Source: an uncultured Clostridia bacterium (lineage in GTDB: Bacteria; Bacillota; Clostridia; TANB77; CAG-508). Taken from it: a DNA stretch of 64,000 nt. Shown here piece after piece: positions 9,061 through 17,204 of this stretch. Location of the stretch: assembly GCA_947588945.1 (NCBI GenBank), contig CANPZY010000004.1:2174-66173 (forward strand), given 5' to 3'. The notes beneath the pieces were generated by a model. The model did not search any database, had not been told where the DNA came from, and saw nothing but the letters and a program-made list of their open reading frames with translations. Within the stretch, counting starts at the first letter, position 1; every line of letters begins with the position of its first letter. A program made the translations under genes and the position numbers.

Positions 9061-9909
9061 TTAACATTTATAAAATAATCTAAGTTCTGTATTATCTAAT
9101 TTATTATTTTTATTAAATAGCAAATTTTCAAAAAACATTATTAAATATTTGTTATCTCCTTCAATTCCATTTGAAATGTTGCTATAATTTGCTCTAACCA
9201 AAGCATTTCTAAAATATAATGAATTATCTTTGAATAGTTCGTTATTAACATTAAAACCTTTGCTATTCAAATATTTTTGTATAAATAGAGCAGTAGTTCT
9301 TGTATTTCCTTCTCCAAAAGGGTGTACTTGCCAAATGTGTGCTGTGAATTTGCATAATCTTTCTAATTTTTCTCTTTCTGTTTTTTCTGTGTATCTTTGA
9401 TTTGCTTCTTCTTCAAAATCATATTTTAAAGTTTCTTCAATCATAGAATAATCTGCATATTGTACTGATTCTCCATTTAAAATTGACTCTTTTTTTGTAA
9501 TGTTATAATCTCTAAATTCTCCAATGTATTTTTCATTGATTCCTATATCTATGTTTTCAAATAACTTTTTATGATATTGTTTCAATGTTAAATAATTAAA
9601 TGTAAAAGCTTTATCATTTAATATTTTTACTATCCTTATTGATACTTCATCAGCTTGCTTTTCACTTTTATTTACTCTTTCTTTATCAACGTTTTCATAA
9701 TATTCCTTTACTTCTTTTTCAACTATTTCATAACTTTTGTTTCCAATAATATTTTCTGTTGCTAAGTCTACCATATATTTAGAAGGAGTAAGATTATCCA
9801 CTGCTTGAAGTCCAAATGCAATATTCCAATTTAATTGGCGTTCTTTAGAATCGTTAGTTTCACCAATTTTTTCATATTTAATTTTATCTAAATATTTTTC
9901 TTCTATCAT
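9061..9909 (-). CDS. Fic/DOC-family protein with a non-canonical active-site motif
   Basis: The Fic motif region reads HPFGEGNTRTTA (9324..9289), against canonical HxFx(D/E)GNGRxxR. AGAGGT RBS 6 nt upstream of the ATG. Confidence 0.8.
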   Translation of the reverse strand: MIEEKYLDKIKYEKIGETNDSKERQLNWNIAFGLQAVDNLTPSKYMVDLATENIIGNKSYEIVEKEVKEYYENVDKERVNKSEKQADEVSIRIVKILNDKAFTFNYLTLKQYHKKLFENIDIGINEKYIGEFRDYNITKKESILNGESVQYADYSMIEETLKYDFEEEANQRYTEKTEREKLERLCKFTAHIWQVHPFGEGNTRTTALFIQKYLNSKGFNVNNELFKDNSLYFRNALVRANYSNISNGIEGDNKYLIMFFENLLFNKNNKLDNTELRLFYKC

Positions 9910-9960
9910 ACATTACCTCTATAATTTTCATATATTACTTTTGTATCATTATCATAAAAA

Positions 9961-10000
9961 TTGCTATTTTACGGCTACGTGATTGAATTTGTTAAAACTT
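9961..10000 (-). repeat. junction motif copy (minus strand AAGTTTTAACAAATTCAATCACGTAGCCGTAAAATAGCAA) with promoter-like TTAACA-18-TAAAAT
   Basis: Starts 1 nt after the stop of the 74/79-aa ORF and ends about 50 nt upstream of the fic start. Confidence 0.7.
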
Positions 10001-10001
10001 A

Positions 10002-10226
10002 TTAATCATTATTGCTTTTTAAATTATCATAAAAATTTTTCTTATATTCTTCTATTTTCTCTTTATCAACTTTTCCAATCTTGAACAATTGTTCTTTTAT
10101 CCAATTTTCTGCATTTCCTTTATGCCATTCTTCTTCAACTGGATATTCTTCAAATGCTTCTTTTACATCTTTAACTTTGCCATATTTATATGCAGTTTTT
10201 AAGAAATCACTTAATTCTTCTTTCAT
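10002..10226 (-). CDS. small hypothetical protein (74 aa from the RBS-supported ATG; 79 aa in the track)
   Basis: The track ORF is 10002..10241. The second ATG (10226) has GGAG about 10 nt upstream. It lies immediately upstream of fic on the same strand. No family recognised. Confidence 0.5.
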   Translation of the reverse strand: MKEELSDFLKTAYKYGKVKDVKEAFEEYPVEEEWHKGNAENWIKEQLFKIGKVDKEKIEEYKKNFYDNLKSNND

Positions 10227-10255
10227 TATTATATTCTCCATATTTTATAAATTTA

Positions 10256-10285
10256 CAGCAATTTTACGGCTAATAGCTAAAATTT
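10256..10285 (-). repeat. junction motif copy, partial (TTAGCCGTAAAATTGCTG)
   Basis: Shares GCCGTAAAAT(T/A)GC with 9961..10000. It lies 15-45 nt upstream of the small ORF. Confidence 0.5.
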
Positions 10286-10319
10286 TATATAATTTCTAAT
10301 TTTTTCAAAATTAAAAATT

Positions 10320-10354
10320 CTCATTTTTAGCACTTTTAGAGTTTATTAAAATAT
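10320..10354 (-). repeat. junction motif copy next to the lysS stop (TTTTAATAAACTCTAAAAGTGCTAAAAATGAG)
   Basis: Shares the 11-mer TTTAATAAACT and a G(T)GCTAAAAAT segment with the copy at 9021..9058. It begins 7 nt after the lysS stop. Confidence 0.5.
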
Positions 10355-10360
10355 ATTAAA

Positions 10361-11905
10361 CTAATTTAGTGTTTTCATAGTTGGGAATAGTAATACATCT
10401 CTTATTGAAGCTGAATCAGTTAAAAGCATAACTAATCTATCAATTCCCATTCCCATTCCTCCTGTTGGTGGAAGTCCAATTTCTAGGGCATTGATATAAT
10501 CTTCATCCATCATTCCTGCTTCTTCATCACCGTTTTCTCTATTTTTAATTTCATTCAAAAATCTTTCATATTGATCTATTGGATCATTTAATTCTGAAAA
10601 GGCATTAGCATACTCTCTGCCAGCTATAAATAATTCAAATCTTTGAGTCATTTCTGGATTTCCTTTTACTTTTTTAGCAAGAGGTGAATTTTCTATTGGA
10701 TATTCATATACAAATGTTGGTTGAATTAAAGTTTCTTCTACTTTTTCATCAAATACTTGCGCAATTATATCTCCCCTTGTTTTTTTGATTGGATCTAATT
10801 CAATATTAAGCTCTTTTAATACTTTTTGTGCTTCTTCATCTGTTTTAATTGTATTGAAATCAACTCCTGTAACTTCTTTGATTGCATCTATCATAGTTAT
10901 TCTTTTCCATGATGGTGTAAGGTCTAAATCTACTCCTTGATAGCTAATTTTTAAAGTTCCTAAAACTTTCATTGCAATTTTTGTAATTAATTCCTCTGTT
11001 AATTCCATCATATCTGATAAATCTTGATATGCAGAATAAAGTTCTATACTTGTGAATTCTGGATTGTGTTTTATATCCATTCCTTCATTTCTAAATATTC
11101 TTCCTATTTCATATACTTTATCAAATCCACCGACAATTAATCTTTTTAAGTTAAGCTCTGTAGCAATTCTTAAGTACATATCTATATCTAATGTATTATG
11201 ATGTGTGATAAAAGGTTTTGCAGTAGCTCCTCCTGAAATTGTATTTAGTACTGGAGTTTCAACTTCTAAGTATCCTTTCTCATCAAGAATATTTTTCATT
11301 TCTTTAATTATTTGAGTTCTTTTAATAAAGGCATCTTTTACTTCCGGATTTACTATTAAATCAACATATCTTTGTCTATATCTTAAGTCTGTATCTTTTA
11401 ATCCATGAAATTTTTCTGGAAGTGGTTTTAAAGATTTTGAAAGAAGTTCTACTTTTTTAGCATGAACAGATATTTCCTCTGTTCTTGTTTTAAATACAAA
11501 TCCAGTAAGACCAATAATATCTCCTATATCAAATTCTTTAAAGTCTTTATAAGCTTCTTCTCCTAAATCATTTATGCTTACATAACTTTGTATTTTTCCT
11601 TCAGAATCCTGAATATGGCAAAATGATGCTTTTCCCATTATTCTTTTTGCCATTAGTCTTCCTGCTATTGTTACATCTTTTCCTTCTAATTCTGCATAGT
11701 TATCCACAATTTGTTTACTTGTGTGAGTTCTTTCAAATCTTGTAATTTCAAATGGGTCTTTATTAGCTTCTCTTAATTTTTCTAATTTTTCCTTTCTAAC
11801 TTGCATTAGATGGTTCATATCTAATTCTTCTACATTTTCGCTTGCATTCTTATTTTCACTTAAGCTTTCCTTTACATTTTGGTTATTAACATTATTCTCT
11901 TGCAT
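10361..11905 (-). CDS. lysS: lysine--tRNA ligase (class II)
   Basis: Full-length LysRS pattern. It includes an OB anticodon-binding domain, [20 protein letters not shown] (motif 2 region) and [15 protein letters not shown] (motif 3 region). There is a roughly 30-aa N-rich N-terminal extension. Confidence 0.95.
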   Translation of the reverse strand: MQENNVNNQNVKESLSENKNASENVEELDMNHLMQVRKEKLEKLREANKDPFEITRFERTHTSKQIVDNYAELEGKDVTIAGRLMAKRIMGKASFCHIQDSEGKIQSYVSINDLGEEAYKDFKEFDIGDIIGLTGFVFKTRTEEISVHAKKVELLSKSLKPLPEKFHGLKDTDLRYRQRYVDLIVNPEVKDAFIKRTQIIKEMKNILDEKGYLEVETPVLNTISGGATAKPFITHHNTLDIDMYLRIATELNLKRLIVGGFDKVYEIGRIFRNEGMDIKHNPEFTSIELYSAYQDLSDMMELTEELITKIAMKVLGTLKISYQGVDLDLTPSWKRITMIDAIKEVTGVDFNTIKTDEEAQKVLKELNIELDPIKKTRGDIIAQVFDEKVEETLIQPTFVYEYPIENSPLAKKVKGNPEMTQRFELFIAGREYANAFSELNDPIDQYERFLNEIKNRENGDEEAGMMDEDYINALEIGLPPTGGMGMGIDRLVMLLTDSASIRDVLLFPTMKTLN

Positions 11906-11983
11906 TTTTCTATTCCTTTCTTGCTAGGTATCTCAATTTTTACTATTTTATTATAGCCGAAAAATACCAATTTGTAAACAATT

Positions 11984-13603
11984 TTACGCTGATTTTCTAA
12001 GTTCTATTGCATGTTTTCTAGCAATGTCTGTAATATCACCATTAGAAATTCTAGCAATTTCATTTATAATCTCGTCTTCTTCTAATTTTTTTATCTCAGT
12101 ATAAGTTCTATCATTATTTGCTTTTTTACTAATAAAATAATTGTAGTCACCTTTTGCTGCAATGCTTGGTTGATGGGTAATACAAACTACTTGATGATTT
12201 TTTCCAATTAATTTTAATTTTTTTCCAACTGATTTTGCTGCCTTTCCACTAATTCCTGTATCTATTTCATCGAATATCAATATAGGCGTTTTATCTGTAT
12301 TAGCCAAAACAGTCTTTATTGCTAACATTATCCTAGACATTTCTCCACCTGATGCAATTTTTCCAAGTTCTTTTGAATCCTCTCCTAAATTAGTAGAAAT
12401 AAAGAATTCTACTTCATCCAATCCTCTTTTATTAAATTCTACATTCTTATTTATTTCTATTTTAAATTTTGCATTTGGCATTTCCAAATCTGTTAATTCT
12501 TCATTTATTTTCTCACTCAAAATATTTGATGTTTTAACTCTTAAATCATGCATAAGTTCAGCTTTTTGGTTCATTTTATTAGTTATTAATTTTATTTCTT
12601 CTCTTATTTTTTTATTTACTTCTTCTAAGTTATTTATTCTATTAATTTCCCCTTCAATTTTATCTTTATATTCTAATATTTCCTCAATACTGTTGCCATA
12701 TTTCCTTTTTAGATTAAATATCATATCAAGTCTTTCTTCTACTTCATTTTGACTATTCTCATCAAAATATATTTCTGTATCTAATCCTGACATATCTCTC
12801 GATAATTCTTCTAATTCATAATATATATTTTTAAGTTCTGTAAGTTTTTCTTCATATTGTTTATCTAACCCCTCAATCTTTTCCATTGATTTTATTGCAT
12901 CATTTACATTTTCTATAGAATTATCTAAGCAAGCATTTGTATTGCTTACACTTTTAGATATTTTTTCATAATTCATATATAAATTTCTTTTTTCATTTAG
13001 TGTATCTTCTTCTCCTACTTTTAAATCTGCTTTTTGTATTTCTTCAAATTCGTATTGAAGCAAATCTAACTTGCGCTTTTTTTCTTTTTCATCTCCAAGA
13101 TTTTCTTTAAGCTCTTTTTGTAAACTATTATATTTATAAAATAAATCTTTATATTCATTATAAACATTTAATAACTCTTCACCACAAAAATCATCTAAAT
13201 ATTTAATATGTGCTTTTGGATCTAATATTTTTTGATTATCATTTTGTCCATGAATATCTATAACAGAATTCATAAATTCCTTTAATTCTGCAACAGTAAC
13301 TAATCTTCCATTAATTTTACATGAATTTCTTCCATTTAAATGAATTTCTCTACTAACTATTACATTTCCATCAATTGCATTTTTGTTTTCAGGTAAATAT
13401 AAATTAAGCTCAACAAATGAATAATCTTCCCCTTTTCTAATCATATCTTTAGAAAACCTTCCACCTGAAATAATATTTATAGCATCAATTATAAGCGTTT
13501 TTCCAGCACCAGTTTCTCCTGTAAAAACATTAAAACCTGAATTAAGCTCAATATTTAAATCATCAATTATTCCAATATTTTTTATATGTAAAGTAGTTAT
13601 CAT
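11984..13603 (-). CDS. recN: DNA repair protein RecN
   Basis: Walker A FTGETGAGKT, a long coiled-coil middle region, SMC-type signature ASGGEMSRIMLAIK and Walker B ILIFDEIDTGISG. Confidence 0.93.
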   Translation of the reverse strand: MITTLHIKNIGIIDDLNIELNSGFNVFTGETGAGKTLIIDAINIISGGRFSKDMIRKGEDYSFVELNLYLPENKNAIDGNVIVSREIHLNGRNSCKINGRLVTVAELKEFMNSVIDIHGQNDNQKILDPKAHIKYLDDFCGEELLNVYNEYKDLFYKYNSLQKELKENLGDEKEKKRKLDLLQYEFEEIQKADLKVGEEDTLNEKRNLYMNYEKISKSVSNTNACLDNSIENVNDAIKSMEKIEGLDKQYEEKLTELKNIYYELEELSRDMSGLDTEIYFDENSQNEVEERLDMIFNLKRKYGNSIEEILEYKDKIEGEINRINNLEEVNKKIREEIKLITNKMNQKAELMHDLRVKTSNILSEKINEELTDLEMPNAKFKIEINKNVEFNKRGLDEVEFFISTNLGEDSKELGKIASGGEMSRIMLAIKTVLANTDKTPILIFDEIDTGISGKAAKSVGKKLKLIGKNHQVVCITHQPSIAAKGDYNYFISKKANNDRTYTEIKKLEEDEIINEIARISNGDITDIARKHAIELRKSA

Positions 13604-13710
13604 AAAAATTCATTCCTTTCTTATTCTTCCTCTAAAATCATAGACTTCGTATTTTTCATAGTTATTACTCAATAACTAATTTTATATGTAATTATGTAAA
13701 TTTCTAATTA

Positions 13711-13756
13711 ATAGAGAACCTTTGTTTGTTATATTATACAAACAAAGGTTCTCTAT
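13711..13756 (-). terminator. 19-bp perfect-stem hairpin between the pilin-like gene and recN
   Basis: ATAGAGAACCTTTGTTTGT / ACAAACAAAGGTTCTCTAT with an 8-nt loop. The flanking T-run is weak, so terminator function is inferred from position only. Confidence 0.5.
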
Positions 13757-13806
13757 GTCAAGAATAAAATTAAATTTTTTTAAAACTTATTTATTTTATA
13801 TCTACC

Positions 13807-13935
13807 TTATCCATTTACCAATTTAAAACTTATTTTATTATCTTCTCCTACTTGTTTTTCTAAACTGTATCCACCGGATTTTAGATTAATAGAAACTATG
13901 GGGCGAAGACCATAACTAGGACCGTAAGTTTTACC
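13807..13935 (-). other. out-of-frame C-terminal continuation of the pilin-like gene (44 codons, +1 frame)
   Basis: My translation of the +1 frame gives GKTYGPSYGLRPIVSINLKSGGYSLEKQVGEDNKISFKLVNG*. It runs on seamlessly from ...GGSYLYNSD if one nucleotide (C13936) is skipped. Confidence 0.7.
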
Positions 13936-15019
13936 GATCAGAGTTATACAAGTAGCTGCCGCCCACGTGGCAAAAGCTACTATTAGCGTTCACACACTGC
14001 AGCCCGAAATCGCAATCGCTCTCATACAAATGCACATAACGGCCAGCAAGCCAGTAAATCTTATTTAAAAAATCACTACCATCTTCAGTTTTAAATAATA
14101 AGTTATAATATTCTTCATTTATAAACTGATCTTTATGGTTTATATAATCATGACAATAATATGATTGTTTGAAAGTCGGACTAGTAATTCCTGTACCTAA
14201 TCCAGTCATTATACCATCTCCATATTCTCTTTCCCACATTTCACATTCTTTATCACTTCCTGTTTCTTGACTTCCATCATATCCATATGTCCAGTGTGAA
14301 TCATAGTCTCCCCATATTTTTGGATATTTCGGATCACTATATGTTGTTTTGCTACTTCCAAAATATACTGTTCCGTTTGTTTGATCTTCTTGCCATTCAG
14401 TCTCTTTATGTTTATAATTTTTGTAATCATATGTGCTTACCTTTTGTATATCTGTTCTTCTTAAGTTTGCCACTGTTATTCCGTTTTTTTCACTTCCATA
14501 ACATTCTCTACATATTTCATTTACCGCCCACACTCCATTATTATAGCCGGACGTATTTGATAGAGTTAACTTAGCAGTTGTTGGCTTACTTGATATTAAC
14601 CTTATTGTTTTCGTTGTTTTATCATAATCCCAGATTCTCCATTGCATTTCTTCTTCCGTTTTAAAATTTTGAAGTTGTGTATATCCTGATGTTGTGGTTC
14701 CTATTGCACATTCTCCGGTTTTAGGAGTATATCCCGTTACATATGCTCCTACATAATCATTATAGTCTATTGATATTTTTTCCATCTCTTTTGCTATATC
14801 TTCCATTGCTTCTTGTTCTTGTTTTTCTGACTTTTGATACTCGTTTACTGCCTTTTTTGCCATTTTAAACAAGCCGTTTTCACTTAAAGCTGTATTTAAT
14901 GTTACCCCTGCTAATATTAATAAAATTATTATTGTTATTACCAATGCTACTAATGTGATTCCTTTTTCTTTATAGTTTATTCTTTTTTTCATTCTCTTTT
15001 TTCTCCTCGTTTTTATCAT
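13931..15019 (-). CDS. prepilin-like N-terminus protein, large secreted domain, apparently frame-broken at its 3' end
   Basis: N-terminus ...MKKRINYKEKG|ITLVALVITIIILLILAGVTLNTALSENGLF. The likely true start is ATG 14992, with AGGAG about 10 nt upstream. The C-terminal region is YWLAGRYVHLYESDCDFGLQCVNANSSF... See the feature at 13807..13935. Confidence 0.7.
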   Translation of the reverse strand: MIKTRRKKRMKKRINYKEKGITLVALVITIIILLILAGVTLNTALSENGLFKMAKKAVNEYQKSEKQEQEAMEDIAKEMEKISIDYNDYVGAYVTGYTPKTGECAIGTTTSGYTQLQNFKTEEEMQWRIWDYDKTTKTIRLISSKPTTAKLTLSNTSGYNNGVWAVNEICRECYGSEKNGITVANLRRTDIQKVSTYDYKNYKHKETEWQEDQTNGTVYFGSSKTTYSDPKYPKIWGDYDSHWTYGYDGSQETGSDKECEMWEREYGDGIMTGLGTGITSPTFKQSYYCHDYINHKDQFINEEYYNLLFKTEDGSDFLNKIYWLAGRYVHLYESDCDFGLQCVNANSSFCHVGGSYLYNSDR

Positions 15020-15029
15020 CTTGATTTTT

Positions 15030-15217
15030 ATTAAGTAGAAAACTTAATAAAAAAACTATAAATCTTATAACTCATGTATATCAATGAGTTTATAAAATTT
15101 ATAGTTTTTTATAGTTTACTAAATTGTAATAATTTTTTTTCAAAAGAATCTTGTTAAAATGCTTTTATTATAATAAGATTCATTTATATTAATTTTTTAT
15201 TAAGTTTTCTACTTAAT
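15030..15217. repeat. nested palindromic AT-rich element (25-bp terminal inverted repeats enclosing a 61-nt hairpin)
   Basis: ATTAAGTAGAAAACTTAATAAAAAA (15030..15054) is the exact reverse complement of 15193..15217. The inner hairpin spans 15050..15110 (AAAAAACTATAAAT / ATTTATAGTTTTTT, with TTATAACTCAT / ATGAGTTTATAA inside). Confidence 0.8.
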
Positions 15218-15239
15218 TAATTTTTATTATATTTTATTT

Positions 15240-17204
15240 TTATATATCAATAAATAGTTTATACTGCATTCTTTCTTTATGCTCATAAATTATTTTCATT
15301 TGTTCACTCATATCAGTCAAATTATACTTATTTCCATCTCTATCTAATACAACATATTTATTTACTGCAGGCAACAAATTAATAGTTGAGTATAAATATT
15401 TATAATATTTATCAACATCTATGTCCATTTGATTTATAATGTATGTAATTAGCAAATCATCACTTAAATATTTAGGCATATTTTTATAATCAATATCATA
15501 ATTTGCAACAATAAATGCTTCTGTATTATATTTTCTATAAATATTTTCTATTTCATTATTTGTATTGAAGTATTTTAAATAATTAATTGCATTCTCTCCT
15601 TCATTTGTATATAAATAAGGTAAGTGATCTCCTAAAAAAATTATCATAGTTGGTTCATCATAATTTTTTATATACTGATACAATCTATTTATCTGTTTAC
15701 TTGCATCATATATTCCTTGTGCATATGATAAAATAGTCTCACTTATATCATCATTTAAAGTGCTATTTTCTATTTCTATATCATATTTTTCATATCTATC
15801 TTTTTTATATGGCATATGACTTTGAATAGTTTCTGCCATAAAGAATAGCTTTTTATCTTTTTCTTTTGATTTTAGTTCTTCTATTATCTTATCTGTAATA
15901 AATTCATCTGAAATATAATCACCTTTTTTATTTTCATCTGTTTCTTCATATTCTATATATTCATCAAATCCCATTTTTCTTAATTGTAATCCAGATTGAT
16001 AGTAATCTTTTCCAAAAACAATTTTAGAGTAATAACCATTTTGCTTTAAATTTTTTACAATTGATGGTGCATTTTCTATATTTTTTCTTCTATACAATGA
16101 AACAATTGGAATATATGAGTTTGAAAAATAATTCATACTTGCACCAGTTAATAATTCAAATGCTACGTTTTCAGAAAGACCACCATAAGTACATGTTAAC
16201 AATTTAACATTAGCTCCATTTTGTTTTATTTCATCTAAATCTGCTGTTACTTTTTTATTAAATTTTATCTCATCAATTTTATCTACATCCCAAAATGATT
16301 CTGAAAATAATAATATAATATTAGGTTTACCCCATTCTTTATTATTTTCTATAGCTTGATTTACTTTTTCTAATTGTAAGTTTAATTCATCTTTATTATA
16401 ACCATCTGGCTCAGAAAATATATTATTTAAAGAAACTCCCCACATACCTGCTAAAAATGTAAAATTATTATAATATGATAAATTTGTTGTATAAGCATTA
16501 TAGTCTTTTCTTTCATCAATATCAAAAATATTTTTTAAATAAAAATCTTTCATATCTTTATTTGGAAAAAATAATACTATAATCATTACTATTCCTAAGA
16601 TACAACAACCTAGTCTTTTTCCTAATCCATTTATTTCTTTATTGTATTTCTTTGCTAATATCATAATTACAAAGAAACAAATTCCTAATTCAATAAATAC
16701 TAATATATATTCCCAACTCTTTACAAGTAAAGTTGTAGATGTGAGTTCTGCAATATCACCTAATCTAAATAGAAAGTTAATATCTGAAAGTATAATTGGT
16801 TCTCCTGTATATACAATCTTTATTTGATTTATTATCAAAATTATATATGTCATCACTAAAATAATATTTGTAGTTCTTGATGTTTTTTTAGTTATTCCTA
16901 ATAAAATTATATAAATAATATAAACTAATAAAACCGAAAAAGCAAAAGCTTTACGGTTTATAACATCTGGTAAAAAATTTCCTGTATTAACTGCTAAATA
17001 AAAACATTCAATAAATATTGCAATAATTAAAGGTATAATTGCTACTACAACTTTTCCTATTATTGGATTTATCTTTTCCCATATATCTTTGATTTTTTTA
17101 TAATTTAGTCTTTTTTCTTTAACATTTGTTTCTTCATTTTTATTAATTTGATTTTCTTCTATCTGATTGATATTTGCATTATTTTGCTCCAACTTTTGTT
17201 TCAT
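15240..17204 (-). CDS. LTA synthase (LtaS)/sulfatase-family membrane protein
   Basis: N-terminal polytopic membrane region followed by an extracytoplasmic sulfatase-like domain (NIILLFSESFWD..., ...IIFLGDHLPYL). Confidence 0.75.
   Translation of the reverse strand: MKQKLEQNNANINQIEENQINKNEETNVKEKRLNYKKIKDIWEKINPIIGKVVVAIIPLIIAIFIECFYLAVNTGNFLPDVINRKAFAFSVLLVYIIYIILLGITKKTSRTTNIILVMTYIILIINQIKIVYTGEPIILSDINFLFRLGDIAELTSTTLLVKSWEYILVFIELGICFFVIMILAKKYNKEINGLGKRLGCCILGIVMIIVLFFPNKDMKDFYLKNIFDIDERKDYNAYTTNLSYYNNFTFLAGMWGVSLNNIFSEPDGYNKDELNLQLEKVNQAIENNKEWGKPNIILLFSESFWDVDKIDEIKFNKKVTADLDEIKQNGANVKLLTCTYGGLSENVAFELLTGASMNYFSNSYIPIVSLYRRKNIENAPSIVKNLKQNGYYSKIVFGKDYYQSGLQLRKMGFDEYIEYEETDENKKGDYISDEFITDKIIEELKSKEKDKKLFFMAETIQSHMPYKKDRYEKYDIEIENSTLNDDISETILSYAQGIYDASKQINRLYQYIKNYDEPTMIIFLGDHLPYLYTNEGENAINYLKYFNTNNEIENIYRKYNTEAFIVANYDIDYKNMPKYLSDDLLITYIINQMDIDVDKYYKYLYSTINLLPAVNKYVVLDRDGNKYNLTDMSEQMKIIYEHKERMQYKLFIDI

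Noticed and set aside
7811-10354. Integron-style gene cassettes with attC sites (the junction motif contains GTTAAAC/GTTAAAAC-like cores)
   Set aside because: There is no intI integrase or attI nearby. The GTTRRRY-like cores are on the strand opposite to the cassette genes and several copies violate the consensus (ATTAAAC, GTTAAAA). I found no paired R''/L''-L'/R' structure. The motif is kept as an unexplained junction repeat instead.
3149-10360. Prophage or integrative element interpretation of the accessory island
   Set aside because: There are no integrase, recombinase, transposase, phage structural or replication genes, and no tRNA attachment site. Only the short junction motif is repeated.
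13900-14060. Diversity-generating retroelement variable region in the C-terminal, lectin-like, GC-rich part of the pilin-like gene
   Set aside because: No reverse transcriptase gene and no template-repeat copy of this segment occur anywhere in the 64 kb. The idea cannot be supported from this window.
14209-14574. ORFs 14209..14430 (minus, alternative frame) and 14287..14574 (plus) inside the pilin-like gene
   Set aside because: They overlap the better-supported frame completely and have no RBS or recognisable features.
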